Source: Harriotta raleighana (lineage: Eukaryota). Taken from it: 64,000 bases of DNA. Both the position numbers and the translations under genes were made by a program. Below are positions 51,181 through 63,130 of the stretch, in pieces; within the stretch, counting starts at the first letter, position 1; every line of letters begins with the position of its first letter. The stretch covers positions 6,511,713 through 6,575,712 of the forward strand of contig JBNZDD010013697.1 of the NCBI GenBank assembly GCA_050575255.1. Direction: 5' to 3'. The notes beneath the pieces are model-generated. The model was not told the origin of the DNA. It saw nothing but the letters and a program-made list of their open reading frames with translations, and did no database searches.

Positions 51181-51869
51181 GTGGCTGTAAAGCATTTTGA
51201 AAGAAAATAAGCGCTTCACTTGTTAGCGATCTTTAGATTACTATTGCTCCTCGTTTCTACAAACACATGCTGAACTGCACTGGTATGTTAGTCCGTTTTA
51301 TAAACAGTGGAGGAAATGTACTTCCGTGTAAATAAGCTTGCATAAGATGTCATCCCTGTTAATGTCATTGCAATACTTTTAAGGAATGAAGTCACAGAAC
51401 AGAGTCCGCCGGTTTAGAAAAAGGAATTTGAATACTGACTGGCCAAAGAGATAGATTAAATATTTATAAAATACATTGGGATTGCCAAATCAACAGTAGG
51501 TACAGTACAATATTTCTCAATAGATCACATTCCAGCTGCATGTATCAAATGGAAATGATTTGTACACCTTATGACAAGATTCAGAAGACTTTTTCGCTTT
51601 TCTGAAGGTTGGGTAAGGCCACAACATTAGTATAGTGAACAAAATTACAGCTAAACCATGTAGGTTTAGATTTAATCTGAAGAACTGCTCTTTCCAGTTT
51701 CTATTCAGACATGACGGATTGCCTTCATTTTTTCCCCCTCCTTTTGTTCTCGCACAGTCACCTGCGGTGTACCTCAAGGCTCTATCATCAGTCCCAGCTT
51801 TTCCTCATTTATATGTTCCCTCTTGTTGACATCTTCCACAAACAAAAATTATGTTTTCATATACTCACA

Positions 51870-52610
51870 AATATCACCAAAATCTACCTCTCTACTTGTA
51901 CCTTCAATTCCACATCCTCTAAGGTTCTGACTGGCAGTCATCAATATTGGATGTGCCTAAACTTTCTTCAGTTAAACATGGACAGGGCAGAAGCCATCCG
52001 CCTAGGCTTGCACTAATGACTGCATGACTTCCTCAACCTTCCTGGCATCTGTCTCCAACGTACCTAACAAATGTACAACTTTGGAGGTTTGGGTTTGACA
52101 GCTTTCTTCCTTCATATCCAGTCACTGCCACTTTGCTGCACCTTTGCCATATCGGCCACTGCCATCCCTTTCATCCTTCTCATTCATAGAGGGATTAAGG
52201 GGTATGGGGATAAGGCAGGTAGCTGGAGTTAGAGTGGAAAATCAGCCATGATTGAATGGCGGGGCAGGCTCGAAGGGCCGAATGGCCTACTCCTGCTCCT
52301 ACTTCTTATGTTCTTTCTCACATCAAACGTTTCCCAACCCCTCATTCTTACCTTTATCAAATTCAGACATATTCTCTCAAATGCCCCGCACTTCAACTCA
52401 TCCAAAGCTGTGCTGACCACATCCTGACTCACACAAAACTTTGCATGCCCATCACTCCCATCCCACCAGGTTCCATTGACTCACTGCAATTGACTTCCAG
52501 ATCCTCATCCTCAGCTACAAATCCCTTCACTCCCTCAATCCTCCATACTTGTGCAATCGTTCTCTATGTCATACTTCTCACACTCCTATGCTTGGCAGGA
52601 TGTGGTCCTA
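51870..52610 (+). mobile_element. Old L2 fragment (post-RT region)
   Basis: WMCLNFLQLNMDRAEAI and LQLIQS.A..ILT..PITP motifs. Confidence 0.75.
52183..52314 (+). mobile_element. Young 5'-truncated CR1 3' end (shark type) nested in L2
   Basis: gaatggcggggcaggctcgaagggccgaatggcctactcctgctcctacttcttatgttct; probable TSD ttctca at 52177-52182 and 52315-52320. Confidence 0.85.
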
Positions 52611-52859
52611 CTTTTGATCCATTGATGACCTTAAGTATAGGTCTTAAGTAAAATGAGTTCAGATTCAAACAGTTAGGGTCACATACGATAAATATCCAGA
52701 ATTTAACAGAATTGAGAGATACAAAGATTCAGATAAATTTAGAATGGATGTTCGAGTAATCTAACACCAAAAACAAACTTGTAAAATGAACCAGTAGCGT
52801 AGGTAAATGCATATTAATGTGGTTCCACCCACATGAGGAAACGCTGATAAGGAATGTTG

Positions 52860-52958
52860 CAGGCTTTCCTGATAGCTCAGTTGTGAAGTCACTGCCTAGT
52901 ATAAATTTGAACAATGCAGAATAAGGTCCAAGGTTCGATTTCTGGTCTGTACTAAGTT
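52860..52958 (+). mobile_element. LF-SINE-like 5' fragment
   Basis: tagctcagttgtgaagtcactgcc..aaggtccaaggttcgatttctggtctgtactaagtt resembles the recalled LF-SINE head. Confidence 0.6.
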
Positions 52959-53190
52959 TCAGCCTAGCTTAGTTGGTAGCACTCTTACCTCGGAAGGTTG
53001 GGTTCGAAACCCACATCTCATCCCAGTACTTTGAGCTCATAGTCTAGGCTGAAACTCTAGTGCAGTGTTGGGTGAACTGCATTGTTACAGATCTCATCTG
53101 CCTCTAAGAGCCCATGGCATTAGTGAAACACAGAAGTTAAGTTTCTCTCCAGTGTCCTGGCCAACAATATCCCGAACAAAATGTGGTCCA
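52959..53190 (+). mobile_element. Deu-domain SINE 5' part
   Basis: tcagcctagcttagttggtagcactctt..gtctaggctgaaactctagtgcagt..gtgtcctggccaacaat. Confidence 0.75.
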
Positions 53191-53761
53191 TTGTGTCTTC
53201 AATTCAGTTCTGTTTACCTGTTTTGTTTCCCCTCATCTCTATAAATTACTCAGGTTTGTCCCATGTCACTAAGCCCAAGGAGGATTCTGTGCTACAGGAG
53301 ATCAAGGATAATAGAAAAAGTGATACTTGTAGACCTCATATCCCTTTACTTTAAAGCAACCAACATACTTACTAAATAGGTTTTGGCAAGGATCCCACAG
53401 CTCTATCACCACCGCAGGAGTGCAGGTTCCTGCTCTACTCAAGTGGTACTTAAAAAGTAACGAACTGAATTCAGTAGAAAGCTATTTCTATCACAGATTC
53501 TCCAGCCATAGGTAAATTACTTTCCCAACAACCACTTCTTTTCTTGAATTATTAAATCCATGCAGTCAAACTCAAAGAGACATTCAGTGAATTGAGCTGA
53601 ACTGACATGGTTCAGGTCATTTTTAGTTCAGTACTGCATAAAAAATTGAAGAGTCACATTGATGCACTAAAGCAGTAGGCTTTTCTGAGGTTTGACTTCA
53701 GGTATAGTAGGGGGATCGTTAACCTACATCTAATATGGCATCTGCTATGATATTTATAGTA

Positions 53762-54055
53762 CAGTAAAACTTTGGGCCCACGCACTTCCAAGATTTTGGA
53801 GTTTGTCGGTGTTTAGAACCTACCCTAGAAATGGCTGGAGACGTCCCGCCCATACATATTAAACACAACACTGAGGCCAAACTGTGCCCGAGCTCCATCC
53901 ACAGCGCTGGATGACAGAACGGTCACTCCGGGAACTGCCAAATTTTAGGAGATTTGCCGACATCGGAAAATAATGAATGATATTTGTATTTTAAAATTGT
54001 GCTGGTTTTAGGGAGTTGCTACCTTTCAGAATGTCAGATTATTGAGGTTTTACTG
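53762..54055. mobile_element. Tigger-like MITE, old
   Basis: TA-cagtaaaac ... gttttactg terminal inverted 9-mer; the right TSD is mutated (tg). Confidence 0.5.
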
Positions 54056-54299
54056 TGCCAAGCTGCTTTTGAAAAAGGCTTGAACGCTAACACCTTCAAG
54101 CTACAGTGACCGCTTCCATAACCGGCTCACATTCCTCCATTTAATAAACAGCTTTTCAGCATGGTGGTGGCCATGCAAAGTTTTGTGTGAGTTAAGGTGT
54201 GATCAAAAGCACTTCACAGGATATACTGTAGATTGTAGCGGCTACATGTTGTAGGAGAATGTGTTATAATATAATGCAAAATGACATTGTGGGTGGGTG

Positions 54300-55145
54300 T
54301 TACATGGAGTCAACGAGCCTGGTGCGTGAGAGGACACGAGCTGCAGAGTTCTGGATGATCTGCAGCTTGTGGAGGCAAGAGTTAGGAAGGCTGACAAGTA
54401 GGGCATTGGCCTAGTCAAACCTGGATGTCATGAAGGCATGTATGAGGATTTTGGTGGCCTCAGGGGATAGATTGTGACAGAATCGGGCAATGTTACGGAG
54501 GAGGGGGAAGGCAGAGCGGATCATGGCATGGATGTGGGGGAGAAAGGACAGTTAAAGGTCAAACAAGACGCCTAGATTCCTGACTGGTTTGGATGCTGAT
54601 GCCCAAGGTGCAGAGGCACTGGCGCTATGAATATGGGTGGCAGAATGGATGTGGAGGGAGAGGTTGTGAGAGGAAAGAAGAGAGGAAAACTCGGAAAGAT
54701 TGAACAAGAGGGGATGATGTATGAAGTCAAGTTGAAGTTGCCCAGGATAAAGAGGCATTCAGAACAGAGGCAGAGGGAAGCTAGGAGAGTGGACATGTCA
54801 TAAATGAAGGTGGGTGAGGATTTTTGGGGGCGGGAATAACCAATAAAGCAGGAGAATTTTGAGGGAAAGATTGGAGGGATAGTAGAGGGTAAATTACTCG
54901 AAGGCAGGGAATAAGCCTGAGGAGCAGTCGGATTGAACAAGTGAGCACATGGAGTTGAGAGCCACACCACTGCATGGAGATTAGCACATGGAGTATGGTG
55001 GGGATATAGACAGGTGGTGTGGCCTCAATCAGGGGGAAGGTATTAACTAGGGTGATCCGGGTTTCAGTAAGGGCCAGGATATCAATGTTTCCATCAATGA
55101 TATTGTTGATGTCGAGAGCCTTCTTAGAAAGGGAGCGAATTCGAA
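54300..55145 (-). mobile_element. L2 derivative: APE endonuclease region joined to post-RT C-terminus
   Basis: IRSLSKKALDINNII..IDILALTET..TPP; LFILGNFN; SLLSSHNLSLHIHSATHIH | ..PVRNLGVLFD..ILIHAF..LQIIQNSAAR. Confidence 0.8.
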
Positions 55146-55667
55146 GTAAGTTTACATACAACCAATTTACATACAGCAATATTCCACAAACAACCTGGAA
55201 GTGAAACCTTAATTTGAATGAAATAAAGTAATTACAGGAGGGGTTATTGGTGCTGTGGTTTCTGCACTGAATGGGTTAAAAAGAGTTGGAACAGAAATGC
55301 TTTTGAAAATAGTTCCAGCGGCCACGCTCTTGTATTTGGCAAACTACAGCAAGCATGTTCTGTCAACATTAACCTGCCTTTAACCCATTCGCCTACACAA
55401 TATATGGTTACTTCTCTACTGTAAATCCTGTGAATCACTTTGCAACATCTCCTGAGGTGAAAGGGACTACATCAAAAGTAAAGATTATTATTATTTTACC
55501 TGCAGAAGCCTCAACTTGTAGAGGTATCAGAATAGTGGTGTGGGGTGGGCTGGGGGGTGGTGATCAGGTCAACAGTATTTGGAGTTTGCATTCAGCACCA
55601 ACACAAATCACAGTAGTATGAAAGCAAATTCAAAAGCATTCACATCACAGACTGCTGAAGTCTGCTA

Positions 55668-55731
55668 CAACAACAACAACAAAAAATTACATTTATAGAG
55701 CGCCTTTCGTGTCGGGAAGACGTCCCAAGGC
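55668..55731 (-). mobile_element. L2 3' tail only (class A)
   Basis: (aac)n aaattacatttatagagcgcctttcgtgtcgggaagacgtcccaagg. Confidence 0.8.
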
Positions 55732-55872
55732 TACCTTTATAGTGGGAAATGGAGGCATATTAGGGTGTTCAATAGTCCCCAATTTGCTGATGTAAATGAT
55801 GATCAAGAATCAGCACGAAGCTTCAGGGGCTTCCTTGACGATGCACAGCATCTTTGTTCAGTGTGTGACATC

Positions 55873-55935
55873 AACCACAACTTAGAATTGTATCGCGCCT
55901 TTCACGTCAGGAGCATGTCCCAAAGCACTATACAA
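55873..55935 (-). mobile_element. L2 3' tail, diverged
   Basis: caacttagaattgtatcgcgcctttcacgtcaggagcatgtcccaaagcact. Confidence 0.65.
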
Positions 55936-58721
55936 GGACAGTCAAGGATGTGGACCCAGGCTCGGAGTGTAGATACTTTTTTTTAAAATGTGGTTGTTCA
56001 GTGGTTTGTTAGGCAGTAATAAAAAGTTTATAGACCTCAAGGAAGTATTAAGACCATGTTTAATAACAAGCATTGATAGCTGTTAGGACAGATCCAGCTC
56101 ATGTTTATCTAATCGGCTGCTTCCTCATGTCAATCCTGTAAATAAAAACTATTGTGGCTATAAAATATAAGCTGTTTCTCTACTGTCCTGGGAGTGCTTT
56201 CTGCTGAACCTGAACGCAAAATCTGTTTCTTCTCAAGCACTACCAATCGTGTTCAGCATTAATTTAAACAGTCAGCACGCTCCAGTCATGCCACATGATA
56301 GTATATGTTGGGAAGTGCTTTGCGACTTCCTTCTGCCGTGAAAGGCACTGTACCAAACATGATTGTTATTATTATAAAATAGCTACACACCATCACTTGG
56401 CAACACACAAAATTACTGCAATCACTATTTACCACCTATACGCACTGTAATCAAGTATTATTCCACGTTAGACACTTTACCAGAATGAACTTCAATTTAT
56501 TGTAAGGAATGCACATTGCCAATGGTCTTTAAAACTGTAGACTGTAATTTTATTGATATCCACTGCTAAAGTTTACAGCCAGCCAACTTCACAATGGTCT
56601 GCATCTTCAACATACTGTAGTAATAGCAGCGATTGTTTCAAATGGTCTGACATCAAAGAAGTTATATGGGTCCAATGGGAAATGCATTTAGGCTGGCTCA
56701 ATGACACTCCAAAATAATACAAATTCCATAGAACAAAGCTGAATCAGTAGTTTGGTCTAAGGTGTTACTGTATTAGAAAATCTCACTCTGAGGACACAAA
56801 GATGGCTTTGAGCAGCAAACATTCATTTGGGTTGCAGTTCGGAAAAAGGGAAGGTGTTTCGAAATTGGCATCAATGTATTATTGCTGGAATATTCAGAGC
56901 AACTGGTCACTTGAACCTATTGGTACGAACCAAACACTTTCCATTCACCCAGTTCTGGCATCTTTGCCTCTTTAAAAAGAAACACTCATGATCCTAACTT
57001 GAAATTAACATTTAATTCAAAATTATGGTGAAGAAGTTCTGAATGAATATGCCTGAAGGTGTATTTATTTACATGGTGACTGGTCCTGTAGTTATAGCAA
57101 CGCCTTTCCAAACTGAATGTGTTGCTTTCGGCAATGAATATTGCTCATGCATAGTCATCCAGGTGCTGGGTGGGAAATTATGATTGCAACATTACAGATT
57201 AATAAACTTGCACAGGACGTCTGTCCTCCTGAAAACAATAAAATTGATCACCAGTTTTCATGGAATCATCTTAGTTATTTGTGTTCTTCTCCACTATTGT
57301 GGTCTCACCAGGGTCATAAATCTTCCATGGCGAGTATGGACAGTAAACTGGAGTCCCTTTTTCCTCTTGCCTACCCTTGCCTTGCCACTGGGTATGGTGC
57401 TGTGATCAGCAGAGAGAGCTCAAACTTGTGTTCTCTCAAACCACAATGCGTGGAGTCTCCCCCACCTTTCACTGTCGGGATGAATCCTATTTCCCTCCAA
57501 CCCACCACTGTGTTGCCAAACTCCCTCCCACCTACCCTCTGTTTCAGTGCCAAGTTACCCTAACTTCCATTGCAGCCTTGATCCTCCCTCCCCACCACTG
57601 TGTTGCTGATTCCCTCCTCCACACCACGTGGTCAGTTGACATCTTACAAGTGCAGACACGAGTCCTCATTGAATGGTGGCATGTTCTAGGAATTGTGAGC
57701 TTCCTGGGGAATACATGAGAACACTGGCCTCATCTTCCGTTTCACAGCTCATCTGCAACAGCTGCTTACCTCCCTGCAAACCGGTCAAGACAGATTTCAA
57801 GCCCTGGATACATAAAGGTGTGTTCACAAACTCAGATTCAAGGTAATAGTTCCAGGAGCTCTTGATCCCAACCTCAGAGTATTCTCATCAGTTATCTGAT
57901 GACTCAGTGTGGTGGGAGGCCCTTTACAGGGCAGCTGACAGGGGATGTCAATATTGGGCTTCAAAGACTTATAGATTGCAGGAGGAGGAAAAGATTGAAG
58001 AAGCAAAGAACCTCACAGACCTAAGTAGAAACGTTAAGCGTTAGGATAGTGGATGGTGCAGTAGATTTTGAATTCAGCATTGAGGACATTTGGAGGAAGA
58101 TGTGTTGATGACCCATTTGAAGCTCGAGGGAGAAGAAATGGTATTGGAGCAGTGACAAAAGCAGTGGAAAAATAAAGCAAAGCTAACCTGATGGAGAGGC
58201 TGGAGGCTAGAGTGAGAGAAGGATCATATCACAAGCTTTTCTTGTACCCTGGCCAGGATTCAGGAGATGTAGCATATGAGCTAGAATATTTGGTGCAACA
58301 GATGTACTTAGATTTGTGCATTATCCCCCTTATTTTAGTCAGCACAGCTTTGTAACCACATACTTATATATCCCATTAATGATGCAGAGTTTCCGCTTGT
58401 TTCTTGTAAAAACCTCACCTCCTCCCTCATGAGTTAGTTTTAAAATTCACCACATGAACTCATAATGTACTGTTGCTCGGCTCATCATGACCAACTACCA
58501 CCATCCGGCTACATTTCTTCTCACAGATCGAGGCAGAAAAACTTCTCTGCTTTTGATCTGCTTGATTCCCTCCCTTAAAAAGCTGCTACAATGATTGACA
58601 CTAGAGAATTGAAAATAGCAGCTGGACATAGGACAGATGAAGAGATCATTTCCTTGGCTAGTAGGACAGTGAGTCAATGTTCCATTGTTCCATGCTCTCA
58701 AAAAGCACAAGCGATTAGATT

Positions 58722-59610
58722 TCAACAACAACTTACTCTTATATAGTGCCTCCATGCAGGGAAAGCGCTTAACTATGCCGAGGCCTGAGTCCGAGCCATG
58801 GGGGGGGAAGGTGCCGGTATGCATGGTCGAAGACATAGGTTTTCAGTTGGGATTTGAAAGAGGAGAGATAGATGGCAAAGTGGAGGGATTAAGGGAGTGT
58901 TACAGAGTTTCAGGGGGTAGTGGCTCAAAGCGCGACCTCCGATCGTGGGGCAAAGAGTGTGACAGACGAGCAGGAGGGTGCTGCCAGTCGAGCGGAGGAA
59001 CTGGGTGATGATTGGGGAGTGAGGAAGTCAGAGAGGTAGTGAAGGGATTTGAAGTATGAGAATCATGAACTCAATCTGTTTGATGATGGGGAGCCAGTGA
59101 AGCCTAGCCAAAACTGGTGAGATGTGGGTACGCAGTTTGGTCCAGGAAGATATTTGGGCAACAAAGTTCTGAATGAGCTGGATTTTTTGAATGGTGGAGC
59201 TGGGAGACTGGTGAGAAGAACATTCAAGTAATCCAAGTGGGAGGTAACAACTCATACAGGAGAGTTTCGGCTACATTTGGTGTAAAGTACGGTCTGAGGC
59301 AGGCAATGTGATGGAGTGGAAGAAGGAGGTCATGGTCAGCGATCAGATGTGGGGAAGCAAGGACAGCTGACAGTCGAACCAGATGTGTAGATTGAGCACT
59401 GGTTCGGTGAGTGTGAGGGAAAGCCCAGGTAGTTTGAGGAGTTCAAATCCGCAGGAGTGAAGACATTGACGGGAGCCACTGAGTATGGCTTCCCTCTTGT
59501 CCACATTCAACTGAAGGAAGTTTACACTCATGCAGGCTCTAATGTCTGCCAGACAAGCTGATTGAACATCAGTGGACGTGGAATCAGTACTGGAGGAGAC
59601 AAAGTAGATT
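58722..59610 (-). mobile_element. L2 3' fragment (~890 bp, class B tail)
   Basis: NFLQLNVDKREAIL.GSRQ and QLIQNFVAQI..HISPVLARLHWLPIIKQIEF. Confidence 0.9.
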
Positions 59611-59654
59611 TCCTTTCATTCCATTGTACAAGTTACAGAAGTACAATACAATAT

Positions 59655-59722
59655 ACGATACAAAATTGCATTTGTAAAGCGCCTTTCATGTTGGGAGGAT
59701 ATCCCGAGGTGCTGAACAGTCA
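59655..59722 (-). mobile_element. L2 3' tail (class A)
   Basis: aaaattgcatttgtaaagcgcctttcatgttgggaggatatcccgaggtgctgaacagtc. Confidence 0.75.
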
Positions 59723-60254
59723 AGCTCATTAGGGACAATAAAATAGAGCAATCCTACAAATGTTTATGCATGATCAGGGAGGGTGGAGGACAGAGAGAGC
59801 AGGAGGGTAGCCCAAGCCACATAGCAAGGAGCAGGCAAGAATGTTCTTTATCAGTGATTATGCTTTTGAGATCTGAGCTGCTCTGATGAGAACATCTTTA
59901 AATGAAATCGGTTTGTTGTAATAAGGCCACAACCAATTTAGGAATTTGTGCAAATGGAAATACCTTGAAATAGTTTGTGTGGTGAAGCATTTCCTATTAA
60001 AGTATGGCATACATCAGAATGTTCCTTACAACCTGCAGTTAGTTATGGCATGTCAAACCAACAGCAAATGTAATCAAGTAACCTTTGGTGAGTTTGGTTT
60101 CTTCGCTTTATTTCAGTCACCAAAGGACCAGTCACTGATATGTGGTCAGTCAAGTGAACCACCAAGGAGGGGGAAGGCATGCAGCTTCTTTTCTCTATAT
60201 ATATTTTTTTCTATATTTTCAGCGCACCAACATCATGGGAGTAGAGGAATGCTA

Positions 60255-60545
60255 AAGAGTCGGGATAGGGGCGGGGGGAAGAAGAGTAGGAAAGGGGGGA
60301 GAGTTCGGAGGGCAGCAAAAGGCACGGTTGAAGAGGAAGGTCTTGAGACCGACCTTGAAGGAGGAAAGGGAGGAAGTGAGGCAAAGGGATTGTGGGCTGC
60401 AGTTCCAGAGTGTGGGGGCAGAGAGGCTGAAAGTCCGGCCTCCGATGGTGGGGCGGTCTGGGTGGGGGCATGGAGCAGGCCAGAGTCCGCCGAACGGAGG
60501 GGACGGCAGGTTGATAGGGAGACAGCTGGTCAGAGAGATAGGTGA
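60255..60545 (-). mobile_element. L2 ORF2 C-terminal fragment
   Basis: TIGGRTFSLSAPTLWNCSPQSLCLTSSLSSFKVGLKTFLFNRAF. Confidence 0.9.
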
Positions 60546-62154
60546 AATAACCATGAGGGAAATTAATAATTTGTAATTGAGGGATTGTGAGCCAAGACAC
60601 AAGGGGAAAATCCCAGGAGTGTTTTTTTTAACTATATTGTAATTTGGAACCTTCTCTGTCTGCAAAACAGAGAGACATAAACTTGGTTCAGATAGTTTCA
60701 TTGAACTGGTCTGTAGGCTCTTTTGGTAACAAGACTATAGTGTAATCAATGAACCATATAGACCCACATCAGCTTGAATCTATGTCTGAGTATGGTGTTA
60801 GAGGTGAAGCAGAGCACAAGTGACTGTACTTCAGTATGTGACCAGAGATATAAAGAGCAACAAAAATAATCCAAACATTATATATAGTGTATTTTGTGTT
60901 GTGAGGATGCCTCAAAGTACTTCTCAGGATTTTACTGTGAGAGGAACAAAATCAGTATTTTTAAAAAATTAAAAAGTTGTAGAACAAATTGATGTGATTG
61001 ATGTTAACTGGACTGAAGATGACAGGCTAGGCAAACAACGGCAAATTCAAAACAACAACAACAACAACAACAACAAATGGCACCCTTCATATTGAAAGAT
61101 GGTGGGACGCGTCAAGTGGGGGATATGGAACAGGCTAGAGCCTGCTGAGCAGATGGAGTGGACAGGTCAATATTGTGTTAGCAGGTCACAGAGGTAGGAA
61201 GGGGTAAGGCCGTTGTGGGTTTTGAAGGCAAGTATGAAGACAATAATTTTGAAATCTATCAATTCTGGCCAGCCAACTCAGTGGTAGGTTTACCTATCAG
61301 TCACAAAGAAATATTTGCTTATTCTCTAAACTCTTTGATATCAACCAAAATGTCAAACAAAATTCCTATGGCACCTCTCTACTTCTGCGGTTGCCTTTCT
61401 GATTGCTGTAATGGACTGCACAAGACCTGGAGAATCATACTTTAAACAGGCCGTGTTTGTTGTGCAAATCCTAGTTGCCATGGAATACAGCAAACATTTA
61501 CATCTTTTATCACATTAACTCATTGAAATCCGAGGCTCGCTGTGCTGTTTGGCAGCTCTTTGAATTCTTGAATTTTGTCTGTTACAAAGTCGTAAGCTCC
61601 CAGCAAAGTAGTGTTTTGCAACAAATACTGTGGATCCCCATAAATGGAAAGGAAGAACATGGTTTTTCTAAGGATACTTGCCCAGCTGAAATCGCAAGAG
61701 GTATCTTTTAAAAAAACATGTCACTGATTTCCCGAACAAGGTTACAGCAGCAGCTGCAGAGTCAACATTGGGCAACTTGTATTCCCAGATATGGATTACT
61801 ATGTCAACTGGTACACTGCAGTTACTCACTTCAAAACTCCATCTGTAAATATGACAAGCTATCATGACAATCAATATGCATATTAAAAATAGCTTTAGGT
61901 CCTCAAATGGTATTGGCTCTATTTGTTTTAGCTGAGTAAAACAAAATTGCTCAGATTTAACTTTCCAGAAATGACCTTATTTCAGGGGCAGTAAACAATT
62001 TAATGGGCTGATGACAAGTCACATGCAATATTTTAGATAACTTGGTAAGGTTTCTGTTTAGCGAGCAAAATTGTTATGGATCATTAAAGTTTTCTTTAAC
62101 TGATTTTTGCTGATAAATACATGCAGTTATTGATTGAAGTCAATCAGTTAAAAA

Positions 62155-62620
62155 AAAACATCAACTTACATTTAAATAGCACGCTTTATGCGGGGTAGCA
62201 TCTCAGAGTGCTTAACAGTAAGATGTTAAGTCTAAAAGTGAGCTGGACGTCAAACCAGGGTGAGGTGGAGATGAGCTCAGGCACAGTCTGATTTAAAGAT
62301 AGGCAAGGATGATGGCAGAGAAATTGATGCAGAATTCCACAGTGTCAGGGCGAAAGGCACTGGTGGTGAATGAAAGGGATGATCAACGTAAAGGAGGCCA
62401 GAGCCAGCTGAATGAAGGAGACCGGTACTGGGTTGAGGTATAAGCAGGTCAGAGGCGTAGGGATGTGCCAGAGCATTAAGTAATTTGTACATTAGTGTGA
62501 AGCTTCAAATTTATCTATTCTCCAAGTGGTTGGCAATGAGTGGGGTGTGAAAGTGCTGAGGTTAGTACGAGGATATTAACTAAATGGCGGAATTTTGAAT
62601 AAATTGGATTTTCTGAACAA
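62155..62620 (-). mobile_element. Old L2 3' fragment (class B tail)
   Basis: PY.SDLLIP..LHSAGSGLL..LTLWNS..FKS plus tail. Confidence 0.75.
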
Positions 62621-62769
62621 TTTTCAGTCAAATTAACATTTTTGAAAACAGGATCGGTGTCCGCCATTGTGTCACATATCTGAAATTTGTCTCAATGAAA
62701 AAATGGTTTTCACACAAGCGAATTGCTGGACCTGAATTTTCATGAGGGACATGCTGCCAATTCTTTCTG

Positions 62770-63130
62770 AAATAATAATAATCCTTATATAATATTTCAT
62801 ATTGCATCTTTATCAAATCATCAAGATACCTCAAATGCTTTTCAGCATTTTATTGTGAAATATAAAGACTATATGTATTGGCAAACACAAACAGTCATTT
62901 AGCACGAGTCAGAAACAAAAGGGAGTTTCTCTTCGTCAACAATCGTGGCCGATAATCCCCCAAATAAAATTGATCACTAACTCCATGGCTGTTTGTGGGT
63001 CATTGCTCCCACAATACAGTACAGTATTGTATTGAAGTGTCAGCCTGGACTATATGGGTTAAAAATTCCGATGTGGGAGCTTGAAACCAAAACCTTCACA
63101 CTCAGAGGATACCAACTGAGCCATGCTGAA
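62770..63130 (-). mobile_element. Old Deu-domain SINE with an internally inverted segment (62906-63007)
   Basis: Tail and head read on the minus strand; the middle gggagtttctc..tggccgata..ggctgtttgtgggtcattgct reads on the plus strand. Confidence 0.65.

Noticed and set aside
51230-51450. Possible degraded Tigger transposase on the minus strand
   Set aside because: Only vague motif similarity, with stops; not supportable without BLASTX.
59946-60701. Longest ORFs (199, 149 and 129 aa)
   Set aside because: They are read-throughs of an L2 fragment and flanking DNA, with no host-protein features.
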